54,639 nucleotides of DNA from the NCBI GenBank assembly GCA_030833265.1, contig JAURHO010000001.1, positions 1 to 54,639 on the forward strand, read 5' to 3'. The notes beneath the pieces are model-generated. The model searched no databases. It had not been told where the DNA came from and worked only from the letters and a program-made list of their open reading frames with translations. The stretch is from Crocinitomicaceae bacterium. GTDB lineage: Bacteria > Bacteroidota > Bacteroidia > Flavobacteriales_D > Crocinitomicaceae. The first letter of the stretch is position 1, and every line of letters starts with the position of its first letter. Position numbers and translations under genes: made by a program. This document shows positions 1 to 9,622 of the stretch, piece after piece.

Positions 1-1
1 A

Positions 2-817
2 CCTGCATTCAGTACTGTTGTGGTGAATCCATTGCCAATTGTTACCTTCAGTGCCACACCATTAGAAGGTTGCGCGCCATTAAGTGTGCAATTTACGGCC
101 ACAGACCTCACCAATGCTACTTATAGTTGGAGCACGAGCAATGCACTTAGTGCTTCGGGTGCAACACCAACAATCATTTTCCCTGCCGGCGGAACTTTTG
201 ATGTGACACTTGCTGCTACCACTGCTCTCGGTTGTTATGACATCCATACAGAAACGAACTATATCTACGTCGAAGATTTACCGGTGGCTTCGTTCGAATC
301 ACCAATTTCAGTATTCACACAAGAGGCGCAGTACGTCATGTTTGACAACCTTTCATTAGGTGCAACAAATTACGTTTGGGACTTCGGTGACGGGCAAATG
401 GCTTATGACTTTGAGCCTTCGCATGTCTTCCAAAACACTATGGGTGGCTACACAATTACTTTAACCGCCCTCACAGATTTGCTCTGTTCAGATGCAACCA
501 CCGTAAGTATCGGCTATCAATACAATGAGTTGGTTTATATCCCAAATACATTTACTCCAGATGGCGACCAAAACAATCAGGTTTTCTGCCCAGTATTTTT
601 CTCTGGTTTTGATCCAGCTAATTATGAACTGACCATCTACAATCGTTGGGGAGAAGTTATTTTTGAAAGTCATAATGCACTCGTTGGCTGGGACGGTACC
701 TACGGCCCAGATGCAATTGATGTCCCTTCTGGTTTGTATCAGTATCGCATCGTCTACAAAAACCCTGATCTAGACGAACGCAAACTGATTACCGGCCATG
801 TCAATCTACTGCGCTAA
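2..817 (+). CDS. Partial (5'-truncated by window edge) PKD-domain surface protein with T9SS type-B C-terminal sorting domain
   Basis: The frame is open from nt 2 with no stop before the listed start at 20, so the gene enters from upstream. PKD signature WDFGDG plus an earlier PKD-like repeat. The last ~90 aa (YIPNTFTPDGDQNNQVF...GWDGTY...GLYQYRI...GHVNLLR) fit the gliding-motility-associated / CHU_C type-B T9SS CTD pattern. Confidence 0.8.
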   Translation, partial: PAFSTVVVNPLPIVTFSATPLEGCAPLSVQFTATDLTNATYSWSTSNALSASGATPTIIFPAGGTFDVTLAATTALGCYDIHTETNYIYVEDLPVASFESPISVFTQEAQYVMFDNLSLGATNYVWDFGDGQMAYDFEPSHVFQNTMGGYTITLTALTDLLCSDATTVSIGYQYNELVYIPNTFTPDGDQNNQVFCPVFFSGFDPANYELTIYNRWGEVIFESHNALVGWDGTYGPDAIDVPSGLYQYRIVYKNPDLDERKLITGHVNLLR

Positions 818-829
818 TCTATAAAATCC

Positions 830-837
830 TATCTTTG
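830..837 (+). promoter_or_regulatory. Bacteroidota -7 promoter motif TATCTTTG (TAnnTTTG)
   Basis: Exact consensus match 22 nt upstream of ATG 860. Confidence 0.5.
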
Positions 838-859
838 AGGCTGACCTGCTGAGCAGCAC

Positions 860-2341
860 ATGAAGGAACGCAGTTTTTATTCCAACCTCTTTTTTTCTTT
901 AGGCCTGAACCTTTTGGTTAAGCCTGCGGCTATTTTTATCATCGATGCTGCTGTGCAAAATCGAGTAGGCGATGCTTATGGAATTTATTTTGCTTTTTTC
1001 AATCTTAGTTTAATTCTCTCTATTCTTTTTGATTTAGGCATTAATAATCTCAATATAAAACTAGCAGCTCAAGACATCGAGGAAGCCAAGAAAAGAGTGT
1101 CAAGCATCCTGGTTTTACGCCTGGTTTTACTGGCTTTGTATGTCTGTACCCTGATCGCCATTAAAGTGTTAACGTCCATCAGTTGGGTAGAATATGAGCT
1201 TATATTAATTTTTGGAATCAATCAATTTTTAATCGCGAATATTGCGTTTTTTAGAAGCTATTTTGCGGGCTTACATTGGTTTCGATTTGATGCATTGATA
1301 AGCGTCTTCGATCGTTTATTATTGATCGGAACGATGGGTTACTTACTCTATGTTGCCCCATTAGGATTAAAGTTCATCGACATCCAAACCTATGCTGTCA
1401 TCCAACTTCTTTGTTATGCGCTGACTTTTTTAGTTGCAATAATAGGCCTCATTAAAAAAGTTAATCCCTCTTTTTTAAAACCTGACTTTTCGTTAATGAA
1501 GTCCATGATTAAAGAGTCCCTTCCTTATGCCTTGTTGATTATTCTGATGACGCTCTACACACGAAGTGATGCGCTCCTACTTAAGAATTTTGCAGCTATC
1601 AGTGAAGTCAGTTTCTACGCCCAAGCATACAGGTTGATTGACGCGCTCTACATGTTCGCGATGGTTTTTGCGGGCTTACTATTCCCAATGTTTGCCAAAC
1701 AAATTAAAAACGACCCCAAACAACTTGAAGTGCTTACACTACAAGCGAGTCAATTATTGCTTGGTGCAAGCCTCATTTTTGTGGTATTTGCGTTTCTTAG
1801 CGGCAGCGCGCTTTTAGATCTAATTTATGAAAACACCAGTGTGCTCTCTGGAGAAATCCTGTTCTTTCTATCTCTCGCCTTTTTCGGAATGGCCTCTAAT
1901 TTAATTTATGGCTCATTGCTCACGGCCAACGGGTCGCTTCAAGTATTAAACCTGAGTTCTCTGGGAGGGGTTGTATTAAATGTGGCGCTGAATTATTGGC
2001 TCATACAAGATGCCCATGCAGAAATGGGTGCCCTTGCAGCTGCAAAAGTAGCGGCCATCACTCAATTAACTGTTGCATTCATACAACGCTATTATTGCTA
2101 TCGCCTCTTTCATATTAGGCTTCCAAAATCATTGATGCTCAGATTTCTTGGTCTTTTATTGATACTCATATTGTTCTATGTAGGGGTTTGGGTAGTGCTG
2201 TTTTCGAGCAGAATTTCAATTAGCCCAAGCTCCGTAATCATCTTATATACGATTGTGAGTATTGCACTCTTATTTTTATTTGGATTTATTGATCTGAAAG
2301 AAATAAGAAAACTCTTGCAAAAACGCGAAGCCATGAAATAA
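860..2341 (+). CDS. Polysaccharide/oligosaccharide flippase (Wzx-like, MOP superfamily) membrane protein
   Basis: 493 aa, hydrophobic throughout with many predicted TM helices. Composition and length are typical of Polysacc_synt/Wzx flippases. Followed directly by Wzz-like and Wzy/O-antigen-ligase-like genes. A TAnnTTTG motif lies 22 nt upstream. Confidence 0.75.
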   Translation: MKERSFYSNLFFSLGLNLLVKPAAIFIIDAAVQNRVGDAYGIYFAFFNLSLILSILFDLGINNLNIKLAAQDIEEAKKRVSSILVLRLVLLALYVCTLIAIKVLTSISWVEYELILIFGINQFLIANIAFFRSYFAGLHWFRFDALISVFDRLLLIGTMGYLLYVAPLGLKFIDIQTYAVIQLLCYALTFLVAIIGLIKKVNPSFLKPDFSLMKSMIKESLPYALLIILMTLYTRSDALLLKNFAAISEVSFYAQAYRLIDALYMFAMVFAGLLFPMFAKQIKNDPKQLEVLTLQASQLLLGASLIFVVFAFLSGSALLDLIYENTSVLSGEILFFLSLAFFGMASNLIYGSLLTANGSLQVLNLSSLGGVVLNVALNYWLIQDAHAEMGALAAAKVAAITQLTVAFIQRYYCYRLFHIRLPKSLMLRFLGLLLILILFYVGVWVVLFSSRISISPSSVIILYTIVSIALLFLFGFIDLKEIRKLLQKREAMK

Positions 2342-2399
2342 ATATGGAATTTAGCAGTTAATGTCATAGCTTTGAAAAAAATTCGGTACCAAGCATAAT

Positions 2400-3389
2400 A
2401 TGGAAAATCAAAACCTTACTGAACAACGAAACGCACTCATGTTATTCCTCTGGAATAATAGAAAATCACTGCTATTATTTACAGGAGCTGCAGCTGTTAT
2501 ATCAATCATTATTTCGTTTTTAATTACACCACTTTTTCTATCTACGGCCATCGTTTTCCCGGCAGCCTCTAGCAACGTTTCGTTCTCAGAACAACGAAAT
2601 GTCAAGGCAGCAGCCATGGACTTCGGAGAAGAAGAGCAAGCTGAACAACTCGTACAGATTTTATCGTCGTCTCGTATCCGCGACCGCGTTGTCAAAAAAT
2701 TTGATCTTTTTGCAGCTTACGACATCGACAAAAACGATCCAAATAAGAACTACAAACTCAATAAAGCTTACAACGAACATTTTTCATTTGCCAGAACCCG
2801 CTACGGATCCATTCAAATTGATGTGTTAGACGAAAGCCCACAGCGCGCAGCCAATATGGCCAACGATATCGTAGACCTCATCGATACGATTAAAAATGAA
2901 ATGATCCGCGAGCGTACTTTGCCGGCATTTCAAATCAACTTGCGCAAGAAACAACAAATGGAAAAAGAACGCGATTCCATTTTGAGCAAACTAGAGTCTT
3001 TGGCGGCACTAGGCGTTTTGCCAAACGATGCCCGAGCGACACTTTACCAAGCACTAGTTGATTCAAAAAGTCAGGATGAAAAGGATGAAATCCGCAAAAA
3101 AATAGAACTCAATAATAAATACGGTTCTGTCTACGACGGATTGGAATACCAACGCAATGAAAAAATTGTCAAGATAGAAGACTTCCGAGTCTCTTACGAA
3201 CAAGCCGAATCGGATGCCAATGCCAACTTCACCCATAAGTTTGTCGTAGAGCGTGCCGTAGTTGCCGATCGCAAAGAAAAACCAAAGCGCATGATTATAG
3301 TTTTGGTGGCAACTGTCGGAGGTTTTCTTTTTGGTTTATTCTTCCTCCTTATCAGACAACGCATCGCAGAGCTCAAACTGAATGCATAA
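2400..3389 (+). CDS. Chain-length-determinant (Wzz/PCP-like) protein without kinase domain
   Basis: N-terminal TM (LLLFTGAAAVISIIISFLITPLF), a long charged coiled-coil-like periplasmic middle and a C-terminal TM (MIIVLVATVGGFLFGLFFLLI) give PCP topology. No Walker A/B tyrosine-kinase tail. Confidence 0.65.
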   Translation: MENQNLTEQRNALMLFLWNNRKSLLLFTGAAAVISIIISFLITPLFLSTAIVFPAASSNVSFSEQRNVKAAAMDFGEEEQAEQLVQILSSSRIRDRVVKKFDLFAAYDIDKNDPNKNYKLNKAYNEHFSFARTRYGSIQIDVLDESPQRAANMANDIVDLIDTIKNEMIRERTLPAFQINLRKKQQMEKERDSILSKLESLAALGVLPNDARATLYQALVDSKSQDEKDEIRKKIELNNKYGSVYDGLEYQRNEKIVKIEDFRVSYEQAESDANANFTHKFVVERAVVADRKEKPKRMIIVLVATVGGFLFGLFFLLIRQRIAELKLNA

Positions 3390-4826
3390 ATGGTGAAAAC
3401 CAAAACCCTTTTTGTTGTTACTTCGCTGTTATTGTTTTTGGCTTTAAGCGGCGTTTTTATTTGGCAGGATCTTGCTGTACTGACCCTATTCCCACTAGGT
3501 TTTTTAGGCATTTACTTTGCTCTTTTTGAAACTGAGAAGCTCTTTTTGAGTTTGGCATTTTTGACGCCCCTCTCTATCAATATTGAAGAATACACAGCTG
3601 CTTTTGGTCTTTTTGTACCGACAGAGCCTCTGTTATTTGGCCTGATGCTTTGGTTAAGTGCCCTGCAAATTAAAAAAGCATTTCTGCCATCTAACCTTTG
3701 GAAAAGTCCTTTGATTTGGGCTGTAATCATCTATTTTGCTTGGTTGCTGGTCTCTGCCGTTACAAGTTCGCATCCAATCGTTTCATTAAAATTTATTCTT
3801 GCTCGGCTTTGGTTTATTGTCCCAATGCTCTTCTTTGGCAGTTACTTTTTTCAAAAACGCCAGAACCGCTTTACCTTCATTTGGCTTTTTATAGTGGCCT
3901 GTGTTCTTGTCATTATTTACACTTTAGTGCATCACTCTTTATATGGTTTTGGAGAAAAAGAAGGTCATTGGGTGATGTCGCCCTTCTTTAAAGACCACAC
4001 CATTTACGGTGCCATTGTCGCGTTAATCCTGCCACTTGCCGTTGGTTTGTATGTCTATAAAAAACACCATCCCTTATTGCAACTCACCCTTATCAGCTTG
4101 ATCACCATTATCCTAATTGGTTTGGTTTTATCCTACACAAGAGCAGCTTGGCTAAGTGTACTGGCAAGTGTTGGGATTGCATTTCTACTTTATTATAAAA
4201 TTTCTTGGAAGCCCATAGCGGCACTTGCCGTAATTGGATTGGGAATTGTGCTCTACAAATGGGATACTATCCAGATGGAGCTCGAACGCAATAAATATGA
4301 ACACACTACCGAAGCTTTTGACGAACGCTTACAAAGTGCTGCTAATATTTCAACAGATGCTTCTAACTTGGAGCGCATCAATAGATGGAGTTGTGCCATG
4401 GAAATGTTCAAACAGAGACCTATTGTAGGTTACGGCCCAGGCACCTACGCGTTTGAATACGCCCCTTTCCAAAGACCTGAAAACCTGACCATCATTTCAA
4501 CTAACTTTGGCGACATGGGAAATGCCCACAGCGAATACTTAGGTGCTTTGGCTGAAACCGGATTTATTGGGCTATTGACTTTTTTAAGTTTAGTCTTCTT
4601 TATCTTTTATACAGGAATACAGTTGTATTTCAGGATACCGAAAAGCTACAAAGAGGATCGCATTTTTATTTTAAGTAGCATCATGGCTTTAAGCACCTAC
4701 TTTATACATGCTTTTCTAAATAATTACTTGGATACCGACAAAGCAGCTGTGCCTATTTGGGGCATTTGTGCAATGTGGTTGGTTTACGAGTCTGAATTAG
4801 GGCCATCAACGGCCGATCCAAAGTGA
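3390..4826 (+). CDS. O-antigen ligase / Wzy-type polymerase family membrane protein
   Basis: About 10 or more TM helices, then the Wzy_C-like block LSYTRAAWLSVLASVG. A large loop carries GYGPGTYAFEY and HSEYLGALAETGFIG, typical of O-antigen ligase/polymerase proteins. The ATG directly abuts the previous stop (TAAATG). Confidence 0.75.
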   Translation: MVKTKTLFVVTSLLLFLALSGVFIWQDLAVLTLFPLGFLGIYFALFETEKLFLSLAFLTPLSINIEEYTAAFGLFVPTEPLLFGLMLWLSALQIKKAFLPSNLWKSPLIWAVIIYFAWLLVSAVTSSHPIVSLKFILARLWFIVPMLFFGSYFFQKRQNRFTFIWLFIVACVLVIIYTLVHHSLYGFGEKEGHWVMSPFFKDHTIYGAIVALILPLAVGLYVYKKHHPLLQLTLISLITIILIGLVLSYTRAAWLSVLASVGIAFLLYYKISWKPIAALAVIGLGIVLYKWDTIQMELERNKYEHTTEAFDERLQSAANISTDASNLERINRWSCAMEMFKQRPIVGYGPGTYAFEYAPFQRPENLTIISTNFGDMGNAHSEYLGALAETGFIGLLTFLSLVFFIFYTGIQLYFRIPKSYKEDRIFILSSIMALSTYFIHAFLNNYLDTDKAAVPIWGICAMWLVYESELGPSTADPK

Positions 4827-6140
4827 CGGATTCAAAGTAACTGGATTCACCCCAACTACCTGATGCACTTCAAAGTGGCAAATTGACACACCGCCGTCAT
4901 TGAGTAACGACCCTATCACTTGTTTGGTTGACACTTTACTTCCTACACTGACATAAGTCTCAGCTAAATTCCCATAAACTGTTCGGTATGCACCGTGTTT
5001 GATGATCACCACTTTGCCTGCACCAGGAACGGAAAATACGGTAGTCACTTCACCTTCAAATACTGCTCTTACTCTTGAACCGCGATTACAAGTGATGTCA
5101 ATTCCATTGTTGTTCCATTCAACTCCGCTGAGCGTCGGGTGGTAATTTCGGCCAAAGCGTTCGGTAATGCTACCGTTGTCAACGGGCCATGGCAAGCGCC
5201 CACGATTGGCTTCAAAACTGCGTCCGATGGCAGCGCCTTCAGTGGATACAGGTGTAGCCACAACTTTTGGGGCTGGCGCAGTTGTAGTTGTAGCCTTTGG
5301 TGTGGCTGGTTTGGTGCCTGTACCAGAAGTTGTGGTTTGCGTAGCTGTTTGCTCTGCTGGTTTCGCTTTTGCAGCTTTTGCAAGTTCAGCCTGACGAGCC
5401 GCCTCTCTGGCTTTTTCTTTGGCGATATCAGCTCTAATGGCCGCATCAATTTGCTTCTTGAGCTGAATTTTCTTCTTTTCGTCTTCTTTTAATTGTGCAA
5501 TGAGGGCCTGCTCCTCCTTTTTGAACTTTTCGTAAGATTTTTCTTTCTTGCTTTTATCCTTTTCTATGGCAGCTCTTTCTTGCTTCTTTTCTTCGAGCGC
5601 TAACTCTTTGATTTGCTTTTCATCTTCAATCTGATTGATTTCTTTTGAGATGAGCTCTTGGTGTTGCTTAATGAGGGCCACTTGCTTTTGCTGAATGGCC
5701 GCTACTTTCTTGAGATATCTGTTGCGGCGGAGCGCTTCGTTGTAGTCATTGGATGAAAGCAAGAACATGACCTTGTTGTAATTACCGCGGTGTTTGTAGG
5801 CATACAAGAACATTTTGCGATACTGCTGCTTGAGTTGTTTCAAACGCGCAATCAAGCGCTTGACCTCCATTTTTTTCTGAACCATTTTGATTTCAGCGCT
5901 GCGCACCTGGTTGTCGAATAAATGCACCAAGGCTTCGCGAGTCTTGATCTGATTCTCAATGAGTCTGATTTCATTTAAAGAAGCCTGACTATTGTTCTTG
6001 ACCTTATTGAGCAGCTTTTTCGTATTTGAAATGCGCTTTTCAAGTTTTTGCTGTTCTTTTTTAAGCGTTTGCTGGTCTTGCTGTGCGAAGCTCAGGCTGC
6101 TCAAAAGGAGAATAACACATAGTTTAATCACATTTTTCAT
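4806..6140 (-). CDS. EnvC-like murein hydrolase activator (coiled coil plus degenerate M23/LytM domain)
   Basis: Signal peptide (LSSLSFAQQ), a ~230-aa Lys/Glu/Gln coiled coil, an Ala/Thr/Pro-rich linker and a C-terminal LytM domain. The HxxxD motif reads NNNGID (His lost) and the HxH motif reads ICHFEVH (first His lost), as in non-catalytic EnvC/NlpD-type activators. The C-terminal tail NPSLWIGR resembles the E. coli EnvC tail (recalled as ...NPQPWLGR). Confidence 0.8.
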   Translation of the reverse strand: MKNVIKLCVILLLSSLSFAQQDQQTLKKEQQKLEKRISNTKKLLNKVKNNSQASLNEIRLIENQIKTREALVHLFDNQVRSAEIKMVQKKMEVKRLIARLKQLKQQYRKMFLYAYKHRGNYNKVMFLLSSNDYNEALRRNRYLKKVAAIQQKQVALIKQHQELISKEINQIEDEKQIKELALEEKKQERAAIEKDKSKKEKSYEKFKKEEQALIAQLKEDEKKKIQLKKQIDAAIRADIAKEKAREAARQAELAKAAKAKPAEQTATQTTTSGTGTKPATPKATTTTAPAPKVVATPVSTEGAAIGRSFEANRGRLPWPVDNGSITERFGRNYHPTLSGVEWNNNGIDITCNRGSRVRAVFEGEVTTVFSVPGAGKVVIIKHGAYRTVYGNLAETYVSVGSKVSTKQVIGSLLNDGGVSICHFEVHQVVGVNPVTLNPSLWIGR

Positions 6141-6942
6141 AGCTTTCTGGTATGATGATGATTAATTCTTGGGGTTCATTGACTTCTGCCTTGTCATAGT
6201 AAAGTAAAATGGCCATCGTTTTCTTAGGCGTTTTGATGTCAATTTTAACTAAAAGCGGAATGTCATAAGCGCCAATTGTTTGTCTTTCTTGGTACGCGAC
6301 TAATACCTCTGTAGAATCTTCTATACTTAAGATCCGTGTTTGCTTAAGGTGCTTGGCATCTGGGGTAAGCTGATACTGGATCATGAGGTCATCGCGCTGC
6401 TTTCTTTCCGGTTTTTTGCGGTCGTGCTTCTTGTGGGTAGAAATACTATAGTTGAATGGATCGTTGTCCACAAAGTACTTTTGGTCTTTGTGGTAATCTA
6501 AGGGCTTGCCTAAAAGGATTTCTTCCAAATTTTCATACGTAAAATCGACACCAAACATTTCTTTGAGGTAGTCAAGAGAAGTCACTGAATAACAGCGGTC
6601 ACGCTTATTGACAACGCTTACCGAATCTTTGGTTACCATAGCTGTAACAACCGGTATTTTTGCGTACGTTATAATCGCATTGACAGCGCTGTCTGCGACA
6701 ATTTTAAGGGAGGTCTTCAAAGAAACCTCTTTGTCTCCTTCTTGATAGGTGACATTGAGTTTTGAATAGAAAGTGTGCGGCTCAAGATGAGACAAACTAT
6801 CAATTCTATCTATGAGCTCCTTGTCTTTAATTTTTGGCAGTTTCAAGGAAGCTGCATCTTGGGTAAGAACCTCTGCTGGCTTACATGCTGCAAAGAGCAG
6901 CAATATCGCTATTGCTGAACTATATTTAAAAAGGATTGACAT
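6124..6942 (-). CDS. Lipoprotein, DUF4292-like (family assignment from synteny and recall)
   Basis: Lipobox LLFAAC at the N terminus, 272 aa. It sits between a TPR lipoprotein and the M23/EnvC-like gene with 17-nt overlaps on both sides. I recall this as the usual position of DUF4292 proteins in Bacteroidota. No motif-level proof. Confidence 0.55.
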   Translation of the reverse strand: MSILFKYSSAIAILLLFAACKPAEVLTQDAASLKLPKIKDKELIDRIDSLSHLEPHTFYSKLNVTYQEGDKEVSLKTSLKIVADSAVNAIITYAKIPVVTAMVTKDSVSVVNKRDRCYSVTSLDYLKEMFGVDFTYENLEEILLGKPLDYHKDQKYFVDNDPFNYSISTHKKHDRKKPERKQRDDLMIQYQLTPDAKHLKQTRILSIEDSTEVLVAYQERQTIGAYDIPLLVKIDIKTPKKTMAILLYYDKAEVNEPQELIIIIPESYEKCD

Positions 6943-8617
6943 AAGTTTTTTTCAGTATTTTCTCGGCTAATTGCAAACTGCCTTCACCAAAAGTTTGGGC
7001 AAGCTCCCAGCTTTTAATTGCCTCTTGCGTTGCCCCCATTTTAAAGTAGAGGTCGCCAAGTAATTCATGGAAACTTGATGATTTTAATAAATTTTCATTT
7101 TGAATTGTTTTCAGCACCTCAAGCCCTTGCTGATAGTTTCCTGCTTGGAATTGCGCAAAAGCTTCTTCTTGTTTGTACAGGTCATTGTCGGGTGAGATTT
7201 GTCTGAGTTCGCGAAGGCGAGCCATTGCACTCTTGACTTCAATTTGCTGCGTAAATAATTGGTGGAGGTACTGCAATTCAACTGCCGGATTTGACTTACT
7301 GAGCTCAAGTGCTTTTTTGAAATGTGCCAAACCAGTTTCGGTTTGACCAAGGCCAAAGGCGGCTACGCCACGTTGTACCCAAACTTCAGCCAATAAACCC
7401 GGATCATTGACCAAAACATTGGCACATTGGTCAAGGTGTTCAAGCGCTGTTTTGTATTGCTTCGCTCTATTTTCACTCAGTGCTAAAAAGAAGTAAGGCA
7501 AAGGTTGGTTTGGAAAAACAACTGCTGCTGCATCAGCATCTTTTTGCAAAGAAGTCCATTGTTGGGTTTCGTATTCCAGTAATAAAATCTGATTCCAGAC
7601 AGGATATAAATTAGGGTCAATAGACACGGTGTTTTGATACGATTGAATAGCTTTTTGCAACTGACCAGCCTTGTAATAATAATCGCCGGCAATTGAATAA
7701 GATTTAGCTTCTGTTGGGAAAGCCTCTATCATGTAAGTTACCAAAGGTTCTAGACTCGGGTCTGGTGTTTGGGCTTGCTCATTTAAAAGCATAATGAGGA
7801 TATTCATTTTTTGATCAAGGCTAGGCCCCTCTAATAAAATTCCTGCCTGCAGAAATTTCTTTCCTTGTGTTCTGTCTCCTGAGCGGTAGAGCATTTCGCC
7901 GTACATGAGTGAAGCGACGCCATTGTTTGGATCAGCAGCAACTAAGTCTTTGAGCAATTCAAAACCCTTGTTATAATTCTGTGTTTTGAAATAATGGTCA
8001 ACTAGGTTGGCCAAAATCATGGGTTCTTGCGGAAAGGATTTTCTGGCATTTTCTAAAACCTCAATGCCTTCTTTTTCTTTACCCATTTGCACGAGTAACT
8101 TGAATTTTTCAATTTCAGTGTTGGGGTTCGCACCAAGTGCTAGCTCCATTTTTTCAATAAGCGCCAACGATTTAGCTGGTTTTTGAAGTTGCTGATAAGC
8201 TTGTAAACCACCGCTGTAGTAATCGAGGTTCTTTGGGTCGACCTTCAAGAGTTCTTCAAAAACTGCAGCAGATTCAGCGTATTTGCCCATCTGGCCATAC
8301 ATAAATGCGAGTTCTCTTTTATAATGAAGATTCTTGGGGTCTAGTGCTGCCGCTTGTTCAGTATGATAAACCGCCTCTGTGTATTTCTCTTGTTTGAGAT
8401 AGGTTTCAAACATGGCATAATGCAGCGCTGCATCTTTCGGGTTCTGTTGTAAACAAACCTTAAAAGCAGTAATTGCTTCTTCATTCTGATCATTGAGCAT
8501 GTACCTAACGCCCGTATGAAATTGCTTGATATAAGCAGGGTCTTGGGTTACTGGCTGCTGCTGAACTTTACAAGAGAACAGCATGCCTAAAGCAAGAAAA
8601 ATGTAAAGCCTACTCAT
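6926..8617 (-). CDS. Tetratricopeptide-repeat lipoprotein
   Basis: Lipobox MLFSC. 563 aa of recurrent 34-aa TPR-like A/Y/L-patterned helices (for example AIxxFxxxLxxxPxxxxA repeats). Confidence 0.8.
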   Translation of the reverse strand: MSRLYIFLALGMLFSCKVQQQPVTQDPAYIKQFHTGVRYMLNDQNEEAITAFKVCLQQNPKDAALHYAMFETYLKQEKYTEAVYHTEQAAALDPKNLHYKRELAFMYGQMGKYAESAAVFEELLKVDPKNLDYYSGGLQAYQQLQKPAKSLALIEKMELALGANPNTEIEKFKLLVQMGKEKEGIEVLENARKSFPQEPMILANLVDHYFKTQNYNKGFELLKDLVAADPNNGVASLMYGEMLYRSGDRTQGKKFLQAGILLEGPSLDQKMNILIMLLNEQAQTPDPSLEPLVTYMIEAFPTEAKSYSIAGDYYYKAGQLQKAIQSYQNTVSIDPNLYPVWNQILLLEYETQQWTSLQKDADAAAVVFPNQPLPYFFLALSENRAKQYKTALEHLDQCANVLVNDPGLLAEVWVQRGVAAFGLGQTETGLAHFKKALELSKSNPAVELQYLHQLFTQQIEVKSAMARLRELRQISPDNDLYKQEEAFAQFQAGNYQQGLEVLKTIQNENLLKSSSFHELLGDLYFKMGATQEAIKSWELAQTFGEGSLQLAEKILKKTYVNPF

Positions 8618-9617
8618 GTATTGTGCTGAAATCTCCGAGGCTTAAGTCTTTAGCACGGCCACTATAATTGGTATTTGAACCAATCATCGAAGCACTCAGT
8701 TGTACTTTACTCAATTGGGTTTTCTCGCCGATAATACTGTTGCTAACGATGACTTCATTGAGCACACTTCCTGCACCAATTGATACATGCGGCCCAACGA
8801 TAGATTTAGAAATTTGAACGTTTGGACCAATGTAGCAGGGCTGGATAATGATACTGTCTTTAAAATCTGATGAATGTTGCTGTAAGCGGCCTGCTTCTTG
8901 ATCGTGTTCCAAAACACGCTGGTTGGTTTCAACCGTTACTTCTTTATTGCCGCAGTCAAGCCATTCATCTACGGTGCCTGGTTTAAAAGCAACACCTGCC
9001 TCAGTGAGTCTGCGCAAGGCATCTGGCAATTGGTATTCGCCGCTTTTAATAACATTGTTATCGATGAGGTATTCAAGTTCAGTGCGCAAGCGCTTACCGT
9101 CTTTGAAATAATAGATGCCAATCATGGCTAAGTCAGAAACAAAAGTTTGTGGCTTTTCAACAAAGTCAATGATGTGGCCATTTTCATTGAGTTTGACCAC
9201 GCCAAATGCACTTGGGTCTTCGATTTGTTTGACCCATAAGATGCCTTCGTCTTCTTGTGAAATTTTGAAATCTGCCTTGAACAAAGTATCGGCAAAAGCA
9301 ACTACAACTGGGCCTTCAAGTTTTTCAGCAGCGCATAATACCGCATGTGCAGTTCCGAGGGGTTGTAATTGATAATGAATAGAACCCTTTGCGCCAAGGC
9401 GCTCTGCTACTGCTAACAATTCTTTTTCAACCGCTTCGCCGAACTCACCGACAACAAACGCTATTTCTTCAATAGGTTCTGCGCAAACTCTGGCGATATC
9501 AGCGACCAAACGGTGTACAATCGGAATACCTCCGACCGGCACAAGTGGTTTTGGGATGGTTAAGGTATGTGGTCTGAGTCTGCTGCCGCGACCCGCCATA
9601 GGTACAACTACTTTCAT
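8610..9617 (-). CDS. Sugar-phosphate nucleotidyltransferase with C-terminal left-handed beta-helix
   Basis: N-terminal MKVVVPMAGRGSRLRPHTLTIPKPL (the GxGxRL NTP_transferase signature). The C-terminal ~90 aa contain hexapeptide-like repeats (IGPNVQISKSIVGPHVSIGAGSVLNEVIVSNSIIGEKT). Confidence 0.8.
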   Translation of the reverse strand: MKVVVPMAGRGSRLRPHTLTIPKPLVPVGGIPIVHRLVADIARVCAEPIEEIAFVVGEFGEAVEKELLAVAERLGAKGSIHYQLQPLGTAHAVLCAAEKLEGPVVVAFADTLFKADFKISQEDEGILWVKQIEDPSAFGVVKLNENGHIIDFVEKPQTFVSDLAMIGIYYFKDGKRLRTELEYLIDNNVIKSGEYQLPDALRRLTEAGVAFKPGTVDEWLDCGNKEVTVETNQRVLEHDQEAGRLQQHSSDFKDSIIIQPCYIGPNVQISKSIVGPHVSIGAGSVLNEVIVSNSIIGEKTQLSKVQLSASMIGSNTNYSGRAKDLSLGDFSTIHE

Positions 9618-9622
9618 TTGAA

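Noticed and set aside
5069-5492. Three ORF-track entries (5069-5449 minus, 5139-5492 plus, 5167-5394 plus) of 75-126 aa inside the EnvC-like gene.
   Set aside because: They lie in alternative frames or on the antisense strand over the GC-richer, low-complexity Ala/Thr/Pro/Lys linker. Stop codons are rare in every frame there. Their products are low-complexity with no start context. The EnvC-like frame is continuous and has clear domains.
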